Assembly: GCA_046757705.1 (NCBI GenBank)
Contig: JBHHYT010000001.1
Location: 237-64,236 of the forward strand
Direction of reading: 5' to 3'
Length of the DNA: 64,000 nt
DNA from: Thermodesulfobacteriota bacterium
Lineage (GTDB): Bacteria > Desulfobacterota > GWC2-55-46
This document shows positions 45,318 through 54,234 of the stretch, piece by piece; within the stretch, counting starts at the first letter, position 1, and every line of letters starts with the position of its first letter. The notes beneath the pieces are model-generated. The model was given only the letters and a program-made list of their open reading frames with translations, was not told where the DNA came from and ran no database searches. Made by a program: the position numbers and the translations under genes.

Positions 45318-46262
45318 TCAGTAATTGAATGCCGCGGCGTCGAGGCCGTCCTTTATCCCCTGATAAAAAAGGGCCTTTTCGTTGTCCCCCAGCTCCCTGC
45401 AGACGCTGATGAGCCTGTCGAGCGCCTCCATGGTATTGCTGCGGGAGCCGCTGTTGGAGCTTACGACATAATAGCGCTCGAAGAGGAAGAGGGCCTTGAT
45501 GCGGCGGCCCGTCTTCAGGTTCAGCTCCGCCAGCTTCCTGAGGTCATGCGCTATCTTATCCGGCACCCCGGCGCTGGCGTCGAGCCTGTACGCCTTCTCG
45601 TAGTAATCGAACGCCTCTTCGGCATCGCCACCGGCAACGCTTGTATCGCCGAGCGCCCTGTAGGAGTTGGCCTGCTCGAGGGTGTCCCCGGCGTCGGTGT
45701 TTATCCTGAGCGCCGTGCCTAAGACCTCCCTGGCCTGCGCGTGCCTCCCGCAGTCGATATAGATGTAGCCGAGCAGGTTGAGCCTTGCTCCGGATTTATA
45801 ACCCAATCTGCTGTCGATTTGCAACGATTCTTCCATGTAGTCGAGCGCGGGGCCGGTCCGGCCCGAGAGATACTCGACCTTTGCGAAGGTCGCGTACGCC
45901 TCGGAGAGGTTCGCCTCATCCTTTGTCACCTCTCCGAGCCTCACCGCCGAGTTGAGAAAATCCGCAGCCGCCACGTACCTCCCGAGCGCCGTGTAGACCC
46001 TGCCTATGTTCACGAGGTCACGCATCTCGCCGGAACGGTTGTCGATGGAACGGTCTATACGGAGCGCCTCCCTGAACTTGTCCAGCGCCCTCTCGCGCGC
46101 GCCCGAGGCGAAGGCCTCGGCCCCGTCCCTGCTCGCCCCCTCGGACATGGAGAGCATAAACGGCCTGTCGGCGCGGATATGCGCGCACCCGGCGAAGAGC
46201 CCGGCGCCCGCAAGAGCCACGGCAAAGACAATACCAGCATACCTGCCCAAAAACCTACTCAT
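45318..46262 (-). CDS. TPR-repeat lipoprotein
   Basis: Lipobox LFAGC. TPR-like repeats (NIGRVYTALGRYVAAADFLNSAVRL, NLLGYIYIDCGRHAQAREVLGTALRI, YRALGDT...AEEAFDYYEKAYRL). Confidence 0.5.
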   Translation of the reverse strand: MSRFLGRYAGIVFAVALAGAGLFAGCAHIRADRPFMLSMSEGASRDGAEAFASGARERALDKFREALRIDRSIDNRSGEMRDLVNIGRVYTALGRYVAAADFLNSAVRLGEVTKDEANLSEAYATFAKVEYLSGRTGPALDYMEESLQIDSRLGYKSGARLNLLGYIYIDCGRHAQAREVLGTALRINTDAGDTLEQANSYRALGDTSVAGGDAEEAFDYYEKAYRLDASAGVPDKIAHDLRKLAELNLKTGRRIKALFLFERYYVVSSNSGSRSNTMEALDRLISVCRELGDNEKALFYQGIKDGLDAAAFNY

Positions 46263-47205
46263 CCACCCTCCTTTTAAACAGGGAACCGTCAAGGGGCACC
46301 AGCGCCGGGGCCGTCCGCCCGGGCAACATCAGCCTTATGGGCCAGCTCCGCCTCAACCCTTTCATGACATGCCTGCCATCCGACGCAGCCTGCCCGGCGT
46401 CGATGAGCAGCCGCCTTATCCTCTGCTTCTCGGCGGACATCATACCAGTAATCCCACCCAGGTCGTCAACTATCTTTTCCACCTTCACGGAGATCCTCTC
46501 GGCCCTCCCGGAGATGGAGCCGAGCCGGGCCGCCGCAGGGCCCAGGTCGTCGGCTACCGCGTCGAGCTTGCGCACGAACGCCCTCGACTCCCTGACCGTG
46601 GCGGAGAACTCCCTCATCGTGTCGGCCATCGCCTCCCTCGACCGGTTCAATTCTACGGTAAGCCCCCTCATGTTTTCAAGTATAACCTTTATATCGCCTT
46701 CCGGGTCGTTTGCATAGTCTATAATCTCCTTTATTTCCTTGAGCACCGGTTTGGCCTCCCTTATGAGCGTCTCTATGCCGCCCGTCCTCTCGAACGGGAG
46801 CACCTCCCCGTCTGCGAGCATCCTGCCCTCCGGGTCCCCGCCCGTTATCTCGACGAAGGCGTCCCCTATGAAGCCCTCCTTTACGAGGCGCGCCCTGGAG
46901 CCCTCGCGTATCCACCTCTCATACCTCTTGTTCACCTCCGCAAAGACCTCTACGCGGGCGTCGCCTGTAAGCTCTATACTCCTGACCCGGCCTATCTTGA
47001 ACCCCGAGAGCTTCACCGGCATCCCCTTCACGATGCCCGCGCCGCTCTCCGAGACGAAGTGCAGGCGGTACTTCTTGGTGAACAGGTCGCGCTCCCTGCC
47101 GATGAGCACCATGACGAGCAGGACGCCGATAACGGCGAAGAGCACGAGCACGCCCGTTTTTACCTCGAGGTTCCTGAACCTCGGGTCCTTCTCCCTTATG
47201 CCCAT
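46255..47205 (-). CDS. mlaD: MCE-domain protein (MlaD-like)
   Basis: N-terminal TM (VLVLFAVIGVLLVMVLIG) then MCE domain (KYRLHFVSESGAGIVKGMPVKLSGFKIGRV). Long coiled C-terminus. Confidence 0.7.
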   Translation of the reverse strand: MGIREKDPRFRNLEVKTGVLVLFAVIGVLLVMVLIGRERDLFTKKYRLHFVSESGAGIVKGMPVKLSGFKIGRVRSIELTGDARVEVFAEVNKRYERWIREGSRARLVKEGFIGDAFVEITGGDPEGRMLADGEVLPFERTGGIETLIREAKPVLKEIKEIIDYANDPEGDIKVILENMRGLTVELNRSREAMADTMREFSATVRESRAFVRKLDAVADDLGPAAARLGSISGRAERISVKVEKIVDDLGGITGMMSAEKQRIRRLLIDAGQAASDGRHVMKGLRRSWPIRLMLPGRTAPALVPLDGSLFKRRVDE

Positions 47206-47894
47206 CAGCGTACACCTCCCTTTTCAACGAACACGCCGCCCTCTATGCGCACCACCCGGCAGGCCTTGAAGACCGGGGCGTCCGCCGCGCTGGTGGAGGT
47301 AAAGAGCAGCCCACGGGACGGGCCGCAGGCGTGGAAACCGAGTATCAGCGAGGCTAGGACCTCCTTCTCGAAGGCCGTAAGTCCGGCGCCTATGCTCTCG
47401 CAGACGAGCACCTCCGGGTCCATGGAAAGGGCCCGCGCCACCGCGACCCTCTTCCTGTCGTGGAACCCCAGCAGGTCCGGCAGCCCCCAGAGGTCACCTT
47501 TAAAGCCCGTTGCGCCGAGCAGTTCACTTGCGAGCTCCAAGCACTCCTCAGGAGGCGTGTTCGTGTGGTAGAGCATCGGCAGGGCCACGTTCTCGATGAC
47601 CTTCAGGTTGCTCACCAGCACGGTGTCCTGAAAGACGAAGCCCATCCTCTTCTTGAGCCCGTTGAACGCCGACGGGGAAATCCCGGCTACCCCCTCTCCG
47701 AACAGGCGCACGGCGCCGCCCTCTGGCGCGAGCAGCCCGGAGATGAGCTTCAGGAGCACGCCCTTGCCCGAGCCCACCGGGGCGGTAACGAGCAGTATCT
47801 CCCCGGGGGCAAGCGAAAGGTGCGCCCGGTCGAATATGAGACGGCCGGCGTCGTTGGTATAGGTTACGTCCGTAAGCTCGACAAGTGGTTCCAT
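47205..47894 (-). CDS. mlaF: ABC-transporter ATPase-like protein (MlaF-like) with degenerate motifs
   Basis: 229 aa. Walker A APVGSGKG (S/T replaced by G). LSGGQ replaced by LGFHD before RKRVAVARAL. Walker B region VLVCESIGAGL. ATGA overlap with mlaD. Confidence 0.6.
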   Translation of the reverse strand: MEPLVELTDVTYTNDAGRLIFDRAHLSLAPGEILLVTAPVGSGKGVLLKLISGLLAPEGGAVRLFGEGVAGISPSAFNGLKKRMGFVFQDTVLVSNLKVIENVALPMLYHTNTPPEECLELASELLGATGFKGDLWGLPDLLGFHDRKRVAVARALSMDPEVLVCESIGAGLTAFEKEVLASLILGFHACGPSRGLLFTSTSAADAPVFKACRVVRIEGGVFVEKGGVR

Positions 47895-48015
47895 TCCATC
47901 CCCGGGGCCTGCGCCCTCGGCCTGTGCCCTGCGGCAGTGCCGTCTGTCACACCCCTCTCCTTCAAGTCATGGTGAGGGGTGCCGAGACAGAAAAACCACC
48001 CGGCCCGCGCGGCGC

Positions 48016-48798
48016 TTACATGAAAAACAGTATGGTGATGGCGGCGTCTGTCACGAAGACGAGGCCGAGGCTGCCGATGACCGCCTTCGTGACCTCCTGT
48101 GGTATCTGGGTAATCGACCTTTGCACCATCAGTCCGTGGTAAGAGCATACGGTGCCTGTTATAAGCCCGAAGAGGATGCTCTTCAATATCGAGACGCCCA
48201 CCTCGACAAAGCCCATGGCCCCGAGTATGCTCGACATGTAGACCGAAAAGGCTACCTTCTTCCCGAAGCCCGCCAGCAGGTACCCTCCCCCGATGGATAT
48301 GACCTCGAAGTAGACGGTGAGCGCGAAGACGCTCACGGCCGTGCCTATGACCCGGGGCATCACGAGGTAGTGCATGGGGTCTATGCCCATGACCTCGAGG
48401 GCCGCGATCTCCCGGGATATCTTCATGGTCCCGAGCTCCGCGGCTATGGCGGTGCCGCTGCGCGCTATGACTATGACCGAGGCGATGACAGGGCCGAGCT
48501 CGCGAACCACGACCCAGACGAGCATCTCGCCTATGAGCCCCTCGCCCCCGAGGCGCGGCAGTATGCTCAGCGCCTGTGTGACGACTATCAGGCCGAGGAT
48601 GAGCGCTATCCAGGAGACGATGGGGATGGCCTCGTAGGCGGTAAAGTATATCTGCTTCAAAAAAACGCTGAAGGTCGCCCGCCGCCGACCCACGAGCCTG
48701 AGAGCGGAACCGAGCGAGAAGGCGAGCAGCCTCCACTGGGCGTGTAGCACCCCCGCGCGCAATGACAGCTTTTCGCCTAAAGACCGGAATATCCCCAT
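48016..48798 (-). CDS. mlaE: ABC permease MlaE-like
   Basis: About 260 aa from ATG 48798 (MGIFRSLGEK). Conserved MlaE segments EAIPIVSWIALILGLIVVTQ, IVIARSGTAIAAELGTMKISREI.AL.VMGIDP. Confidence 0.75.
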   Translation of the reverse strand: MGIFRSLGEKLSLRAGVLHAQWRLLAFSLGSALRLVGRRRATFSVFLKQIYFTAYEAIPIVSWIALILGLIVVTQALSILPRLGGEGLIGEMLVWVVVRELGPVIASVIVIARSGTAIAAELGTMKISREIAALEVMGIDPMHYLVMPRVIGTAVSVFALTVYFEVISIGGGYLLAGFGKKVAFSVYMSSILGAMGFVEVGVSILKSILFGLITGTVCSYHGLMVQRSITQIPQEVTKAVIGSLGLVFVTDAAITILFFM

Positions 48799-49128
48799 AA
48801 TAACAAGCCGTCTACTGAAAAAGCAAAAGGGGACCCGTATAGGAAGTCCCCTGGTGCGTGTGTCCGAGAAGCGGTTTTTTGGATGATGTAATCGGAAAGC
48901 TGGCGGGAGCCCGCCAAGGGCCCCCTCGGTATTCTTTACAACGGGCCTCCCCGGAGCAGGCTGCGGGGTATCCCCTGAAACCTGCCCTCCCCATCGGGGG
49001 GGAGGGCCGTGAAAGAAAGGCATCCGGCTGGCGCCGGTGGATCAGACGATCGAAAACGGCCTGAAAGCACGGCGCTCCGGGCCGCATCCGTCAACGGCCG
49101 CCCCTTGCCCATTGCCCGGCGTGGAGGC

Positions 49129-49884
49129 TCAGAAGTCCGCCCTGACGTTAAGGAACGGCCCCTTGACCGTCAGGTCCCCCTTGTCAAGATCCTTCTCAAC
49201 GTGTATCTTGAAGAGCCTGTAACCGCCGGATACGACCACGAAGGGCGCGGGCTTGAAGTTGAACGCCGCCTCTCCGTCGACGAGATAGGCGTTGCCGCCA
49301 AGCGTTATTCCCGTCACCTCGCCCCCGACAGAGAAGAGGAACGGAAGCGAGACCTGGGCGGAGACGCCCACCGTGGGTATCGGGACGTTGAAGTTCTCGT
49401 TCTCGTCGAGCCCGAGTGACGTCGCCTTGAGGCGCGCGTTGCCGTCGAAGTACTTGAGCTCGAATATGAAGCCGAGGTGGTTATCAAGCATATCTATTAT
49501 ATCATATTCGTAGCCGAGGCGGTGGTAGTTCACATTCAGCTCCGACTCGACGGGGGTGGACGCCGTGTAGGTCTTGCCGCCGAAGATGACCTGCTGCGCA
49601 AGGGTGCTGGTGGCGTCCCACTTGAGAGGCACGAACGCGTACCTGATCTTGTGGCTTCCGAGCTCGAGGGTTATCCTGCCCTCGACGAAGCCCTTCGTCT
49701 CGTCGACGCCGAGGTCGTTGACGAAGTCGACGTTTGTCCCGGCGATGGAGCCGCTCGATGCCGTAATATCGCTGCTGAGGTTGGTAAACCAGTACCGGGC
49801 ATCGACGTCCACTACGGCCGACGCCTTTGAGCTGAACGAGACGGCGGCCAGAAATACGGCAAAAGCCAGCAGGATCTTCTTCAA
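49129..49884 (-). CDS. Outer-membrane beta-barrel protein (secreted, C-terminal Phe)
   Basis: 251 aa. Signal peptide MKKILLAFAVFLAAVSFSSKASA. Alternating amphipathic beta-strands. Terminal ...NVRADF. Confidence 0.4.
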   Translation of the reverse strand: MKKILLAFAVFLAAVSFSSKASAVVDVDARYWFTNLSSDITASSGSIAGTNVDFVNDLGVDETKGFVEGRITLELGSHKIRYAFVPLKWDATSTLAQQVIFGGKTYTASTPVESELNVNYHRLGYEYDIIDMLDNHLGFIFELKYFDGNARLKATSLGLDENENFNVPIPTVGVSAQVSLPFLFSVGGEVTGITLGGNAYLVDGEAAFNFKPAPFVVVSGGYRLFKIHVEKDLDKGDLTVKGPFLNVRADF

Positions 49885-49938
49885 AGCATACCTCCTTGAG
49901 TATAAGTCCGTTTTGCAGCTACCGCGAAGGGCTGTGGG

Positions 49939-50784
49939 CTACCGGAGCACGAAGACGACCCTCGCCCTTTCGAGAAAATTGTTAGACCGGTTGGACGTCA
50001 ATACGACCTCGGCATCCCCTGGCGCGATCCGCACGTCCGTTGACCTCAGCACCCCGCCGGCCCTTACCACCAGCGGGTTGGTGGAGCCGCGCTCCGCGAG
50101 AAGCGCCCGCGCCTTGCCGATGTCGTTCGTGTACCCGGCCGCCCCCCTCTCGACGAGTACGTCACCTGCCACGGAGGACGGGTCGTAGACGACCTCCCCG
50201 CCCCCGGTGAGCACCCGGTTTATGAGCGCTGGCTTGAAGGGGTGGCCCCTGACGTCTATGATAAGCCCGTCGTACGTCCCTGTGCTCGCAACGCCGGGGC
50301 CGGGCACGAACGGAGGCATGCCGCCCGGGTACATGGGCGTCACCTGCGGCAGGAGCGTGCCTATGAGGCCGCCCGGGCCCGTCATGGGCACGGAGAGATA
50401 GACTATTGCCATGCCGGTCGACGGGCCGTAGTCCTCCTTGACGGTCCGGGCCCCCTTTATGACCCCCTGCACCATGGTCCTCACGACGTCGGACTTGCTG
50501 GCGGCGTTCACTATCGTGGTCTCCCCGTCTACCGTCACGCCGCCGACCATCGATGCGGCCTCCCTCAAGGCGACCACCCTGGCGGCGCGAAGCGCCATCA
50601 ACCTCTTCTGCGCCGCGGAGTACGCCCCCGACGGGGCGGCGCCCTCGCCCCTTACCACGATGGAGCCGGAGACGAACGCCTGCGAAGGCCCGGAGGAAGG
50701 CTCAGGGTTATTATCACCCAAACCGGCGGCTGCGGCTGTGACAAACAGTACAAAAAAGACGGGAATGAGCAAAATTTTTCTCAT
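49939..50784 (-). CDS. Secreted LPP20/FlgP-like domain protein
   Basis: About 281 aa from ATG 50784 (signal MRKILLIPVFFVLFVTAAAAG). LPP20-like segment VVRGEGAAP...AAQKRLMALRAARVVALREAASMVGG...GVIKGARTV...AIVYLSVP. Pro/Gly-rich linker. Confidence 0.4.
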   Translation of the reverse strand: MRKILLIPVFFVLFVTAAAAGLGDNNPEPSSGPSQAFVSGSIVVRGEGAAPSGAYSAAQKRLMALRAARVVALREAASMVGGVTVDGETTIVNAASKSDVVRTMVQGVIKGARTVKEDYGPSTGMAIVYLSVPMTGPGGLIGTLLPQVTPMYPGGMPPFVPGPGVASTGTYDGLIIDVRGHPFKPALINRVLTGGGEVVYDPSSVAGDVLVERGAAGYTNDIGKARALLAERGSTNPLVVRAGGVLRSTDVRIAPGDAEVVLTSNRSNNFLERARVVFVLR

Positions 50785-50917
50785 CCTACCTCCCTGGCCA
50801 ACGGCTCTCGCGCAGAAAAGGCCGCCTGAGCCGGCCGTGGAAATGAAACCCTGCGGCAGTATGCCGAAAAAAAAACCGTCCATGGACCGCGCAAGCGGGT
50901 CGTCTTTCACAGGCCCG

Positions 50918-52132
50918 CTAATATATGTTGAGCCTCTGCTTGAGCACCCTTACGGCGAGTATCGCCTCGGCGCCGTCGACCTCGTCGTCCGGCCTGAACT
51001 CCCCGGAGAGCTCGGTCTCCATCAGGTTGCGGGTGGTCACGTTCATAATCGCGTTGTACCACGCGCTATCGGGCCGGACGTCCGGGAACGGCGAGCGCCT
51101 GTGGCCGAAGTATGCGGAGGAGATAGTCTCGTCCCCGGTGAGCTTTATGAGCACGTCCTCGAGCACCAGGGCGAAGTCCTTCCGAAGGACCGGCCTGTCC
51201 GGGCCGAAGAGGTACTCCTTCGATGACGGGTCCAGCACCGGCTCGAGGCCGCGCACCCCCCACTTCATAAGCAGGAGTATCTCCTGCTTGAAGGGGCTCG
51301 CCGCCACGTCCACGGGCGTGGGCCCCGGCTTCATCCTCTCTATCTCGGAGCTTACCGGTATCCTTCCGGCGAAGAGCCTGTCTATCTTCAGCTCGTCGAC
51401 GAGAAGCGCCGCCATGTCCCCGCGCGAGACCCTGTCCTTGACGGCTATCTCCGTCCCTATGTCCCCGAGGGTGATGCCGGCGAGCGCCCTTACTATCTTG
51501 TCGGTCTTCTTCCACGCCCTGTCGGCCTTTTCGTTCCATTTGCCTTCCCTGCGCAGGCCGAGCACGTCGCCGAACCTGTCCCGGGCCTTCTGGAACTCTC
51601 CGGCCTCGAGGTACGCGACACCCATGAAGTACGGGGCGGCCTCCCTGCCGTCGTAGAATACGAGCGCGTTCTCGTCGACCTTGAGCTTCATGGCCTTGCG
51701 GTAGCCGCCCTCGGCCGAGCGGAGCCACTTCCTCGGCTTGAGGACGGTATCGACACGCATGGACGCGAGGTAGTACGCGAACTCGTCTTCCTTGGTCTCG
51801 GCCCTCTTGAACGCCCTCTTGAGGTCGTAGAAGGACTTGTCCGCCGCCTCCTGGCGCATCTCACCGGACGGAAGCGCGGCGGCGGCGTACGCCTCGTACA
51901 GAGCGCGCCCGGCGTATCCTGGCCCGAAGCCCCTGTCGCACCGGAGCGAGCGGTCGAACTTCGCGGAGGCGTCCGCGAGCCTGCCCTGCTCTATCATCTC
52001 CATGCCGACGGAGTAATGGTGGCGCGGGTTGTCCTCGGGGGAGGTACAGACCATCTCCGGCCTGGAGCACCCGGCAGCCACGAAAAGCAGGGCCGCCAAC
52101 AGGGGCAGCAACAGCCTTGAAGGATTTCTCAT
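50918..52132 (-). CDS. Lipoprotein with two C-terminal SLH (S-layer homology) domains
   Basis: About 404 aa from ATG 52132 (lipobox FVAAGCS). SLH motifs DVAASPFKQEILLLMKWGVRG...FGPDRPVLRKDFALVL and FPDVRPDSAWYNAIMNV...FRPDDEVDGAEAILAV match FxDVxxxxWxxxxI...G...F.P...iTRaEaa. Confidence 0.6.
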   Translation of the reverse strand: MRNPSRLLLPLLAALLFVAAGCSRPEMVCTSPEDNPRHHYSVGMEMIEQGRLADASAKFDRSLRCDRGFGPGYAGRALYEAYAAAALPSGEMRQEAADKSFYDLKRAFKRAETKEDEFAYYLASMRVDTVLKPRKWLRSAEGGYRKAMKLKVDENALVFYDGREAAPYFMGVAYLEAGEFQKARDRFGDVLGLRREGKWNEKADRAWKKTDKIVRALAGITLGDIGTEIAVKDRVSRGDMAALLVDELKIDRLFAGRIPVSSEIERMKPGPTPVDVAASPFKQEILLLMKWGVRGLEPVLDPSSKEYLFGPDRPVLRKDFALVLEDVLIKLTGDETISSAYFGHRRSPFPDVRPDSAWYNAIMNVTTRNLMETELSGEFRPDDEVDGAEAILAVRVLKQRLNIY

Positions 52133-52262
52133 CGGATGCACCTCCTCGTATTCGGTCAGGGAACCTCTGAACAATTCATCACATCTCCAATGGCTTGACG
52201 CCATCGAAGATGGCAGCACGTCCATGTGCCGCGCAAGGTCTGAACAGATCAGGCATTCCCTG

Positions 52263-53252
52263 TCAGTCCAGCACCTTTACCACGTCGCCGGCGCGGAAGC
52301 CCGCGCCGGACTTTACCGCGCCCTCCGAGATGTTCTCGCCCTGATGGGTGGTCAGGGTTATCTCGCCTATCTTCTTCTCCCTCTTGCCGAGCACCCTGCC
52401 GGTATCCGGGTCTATGAGGTCTCTGCCGGGCCTGTAGACGCCGAGCGTGGTGCCCGGCTCGAGCCTGCTCCTGGTCCCTGCCCTTATGATTATGCTGGGC
52501 CCTTCCACGAGCACCACGCGGCTTTTGAAGGGTATGGCGTTGAGCTTCTCTATCATATTCGACATGGCCTTTGAGAGGGCGTCGCGAAGCGCGCCGTCCC
52601 TCAGGCCGGGGTCGGCGGTCGCCCTCGAACCCAGGCCGAGTATGCCGCCGGTCTTCTTCCTGTACTCGCCCAGCCCGGACTCGGACAAGAGGGTCTTTCC
52701 CGTGGAGACGTCCACGAGGGCGTAGTCCACCTGCACCCGCGCTATCCGGGTCTTGCTCTGGGTGAGTATGGTGTTGATCGACTCCTCGACCTCGGCGTAA
52801 GAGGTTATGGAGCCGGATATCCTGAAGTCCACCGACTCGAAGCCGGCGGCGGCGTCCTTCCTGCCCTTCCTGAGGGCCCCGGTCTGCTGAAGCTCGATAA
52901 GCCGCTCCTGCTCCTTCATCTCGTCTTTGGTCAGCACCACCGGCTCGAGCCCCGCCTGCTTTACGATGGTCCTCAGTATGTCGGTGGCCGCCTCCCCGAC
53001 GCCGATGGTCCCGCTCGGGGTCCTGTTGTCGAACTGGAGTATGGCGATGTTGTAGTCAGGCCCGCGGTACATGGAGCCGAGCTGCTCGAGCTCCCCGGTC
53101 TGCTCGGTGAGGCTTACGTCCTCCTTTACCGCCCCGGACATCGTCGGCCCGCAGCCCGTAAAGAGGAAGGCCGCCCCGATAAGCACGGCGAAAAGGACGC
53201 TCAACGTCCCTGCTTTAAACCCGTTTATCATCTCTGCCCCTCCTTTTTTCAA
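52263..53252 (-). CDS. CsgG-family lipoprotein (curli-type secretion channel-like)
   Basis: 329 aa. Lipobox LFTGCG. YNIAILQFDNRTPSG...GVGEAATDILRTIVKQAGLEPV...KEQERLIELQQTG matches the CsgG family N-domain pattern. Confidence 0.65.
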   Translation of the reverse strand: MKKGGAEMINGFKAGTLSVLFAVLIGAAFLFTGCGPTMSGAVKEDVSLTEQTGELEQLGSMYRGPDYNIAILQFDNRTPSGTIGVGEAATDILRTIVKQAGLEPVVLTKDEMKEQERLIELQQTGALRKGRKDAAAGFESVDFRISGSITSYAEVEESINTILTQSKTRIARVQVDYALVDVSTGKTLLSESGLGEYRKKTGGILGLGSRATADPGLRDGALRDALSKAMSNMIEKLNAIPFKSRVVLVEGPSIIIRAGTRSRLEPGTTLGVYRPGRDLIDPDTGRVLGKREKKIGEITLTTHQGENISEGAVKSGAGFRAGDVVKVLD

Positions 53253-53314
53253 GTGTTCTCAAATCATGCTGGTCGCAAAGCCGGGGGCCTGTCCGGGGCC
53301 CGCCTGACGTCACC

Positions 53315-54169
53315 TCAGGGGCCGGCCGCCCCGCCCCTGGCCCTCCCGGGGCCCGCCGGGAAGCCGGAGAGGACCTTTTTCAGCAAGACGTCCGTCTCCG
53401 CCTTCAGGTGCACGCCGAGGGCGGTGGTGATGATCTTCTCCGAGAGGGCGATGATGGCGGCGTCCCCGGCCTTGCGCGTCCCTATGACGCTTACAAGGCG
53501 CCAGTCGGAGAGCCCCTTTATGTCCTCTATCCCCTTTATGGAGCTGAACTCGTCGAGCCCGTCGCCCTCCAGCTCCTGCAGTATGGTTATGCCAGCGCCC
53601 GCCTTGCCCCCGGCTATCGCCGCCTTTACGCCGAGGCCGTCCGACCATACGACGACGCCCGTTCTCGTGTCCACGAGCTTGAAGCCCGCCCTGACCTTCT
53701 TGACGTTGTACAGGCCGGTGGTTATGTCGTCGAAGTTCAATACGTAGCCGTATATGACGCCGTCGACGCCGAGCACCTCTCCCACCTTCCCGGGGGTGGT
53801 CATCTCGAGCTGCGAGCCGAGCGTTATGCCCATCCTGTTTACGAGGACGGAGTCGGTCTGCTCAAGGGGCATCACCGAGTAGTGGCGTCCCTGGATGCGG
53901 CGGAAGAACTCCTCCCTTATCATGCGCGGGCCCTTCACGTCGTTCGTGGCGTTGTAGAACGGCAGTATGGCCACCGTGTAGACGGGGTTGGACGGGTCGG
54001 GCGCCACGGGGCGCACTCTCGGGCCCGCCGCGCACGCGGTGAGAGCAAAGGCGGTAAAGAGGAGCAATGCCGCGAACCGCGCTTTTTTTGATGACACAGC
54101 CCTTCTTCGAGCCACACTACCCGCGCGGGTACCGGGGTATGAGAGATTTCCGGACATCCACTGCTCCAA
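53315..54169 (-). CDS. Lipoprotein, CsgG-partner-like (DUF799/GNA1162-like; uncertain)
   Basis: 284 aa. Lipobox ALTACA. YTVAILPFYNATNDVKGPRMIREEF segment resembles DUF799-type lipoproteins that co-occur with CsgG homologues (from memory). Confidence 0.4.
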   Translation of the reverse strand: MEQWMSGNLSYPGTRAGSVARRRAVSSKKARFAALLLFTAFALTACAAGPRVRPVAPDPSNPVYTVAILPFYNATNDVKGPRMIREEFFRRIQGRHYSVMPLEQTDSVLVNRMGITLGSQLEMTTPGKVGEVLGVDGVIYGYVLNFDDITTGLYNVKKVRAGFKLVDTRTGVVVWSDGLGVKAAIAGGKAGAGITILQELEGDGLDEFSSIKGIEDIKGLSDWRLVSVIGTRKAGDAAIIALSEKIITTALGVHLKAETDVLLKKVLSGFPAGPGRARGGAAGP

Positions 54170-54234
54170 AACGGCCTTCCAGATGCGCCTTGCCCATTCT
54201 TTCGAGAAGAATGATGAGGGATTATAAGCCGGAC

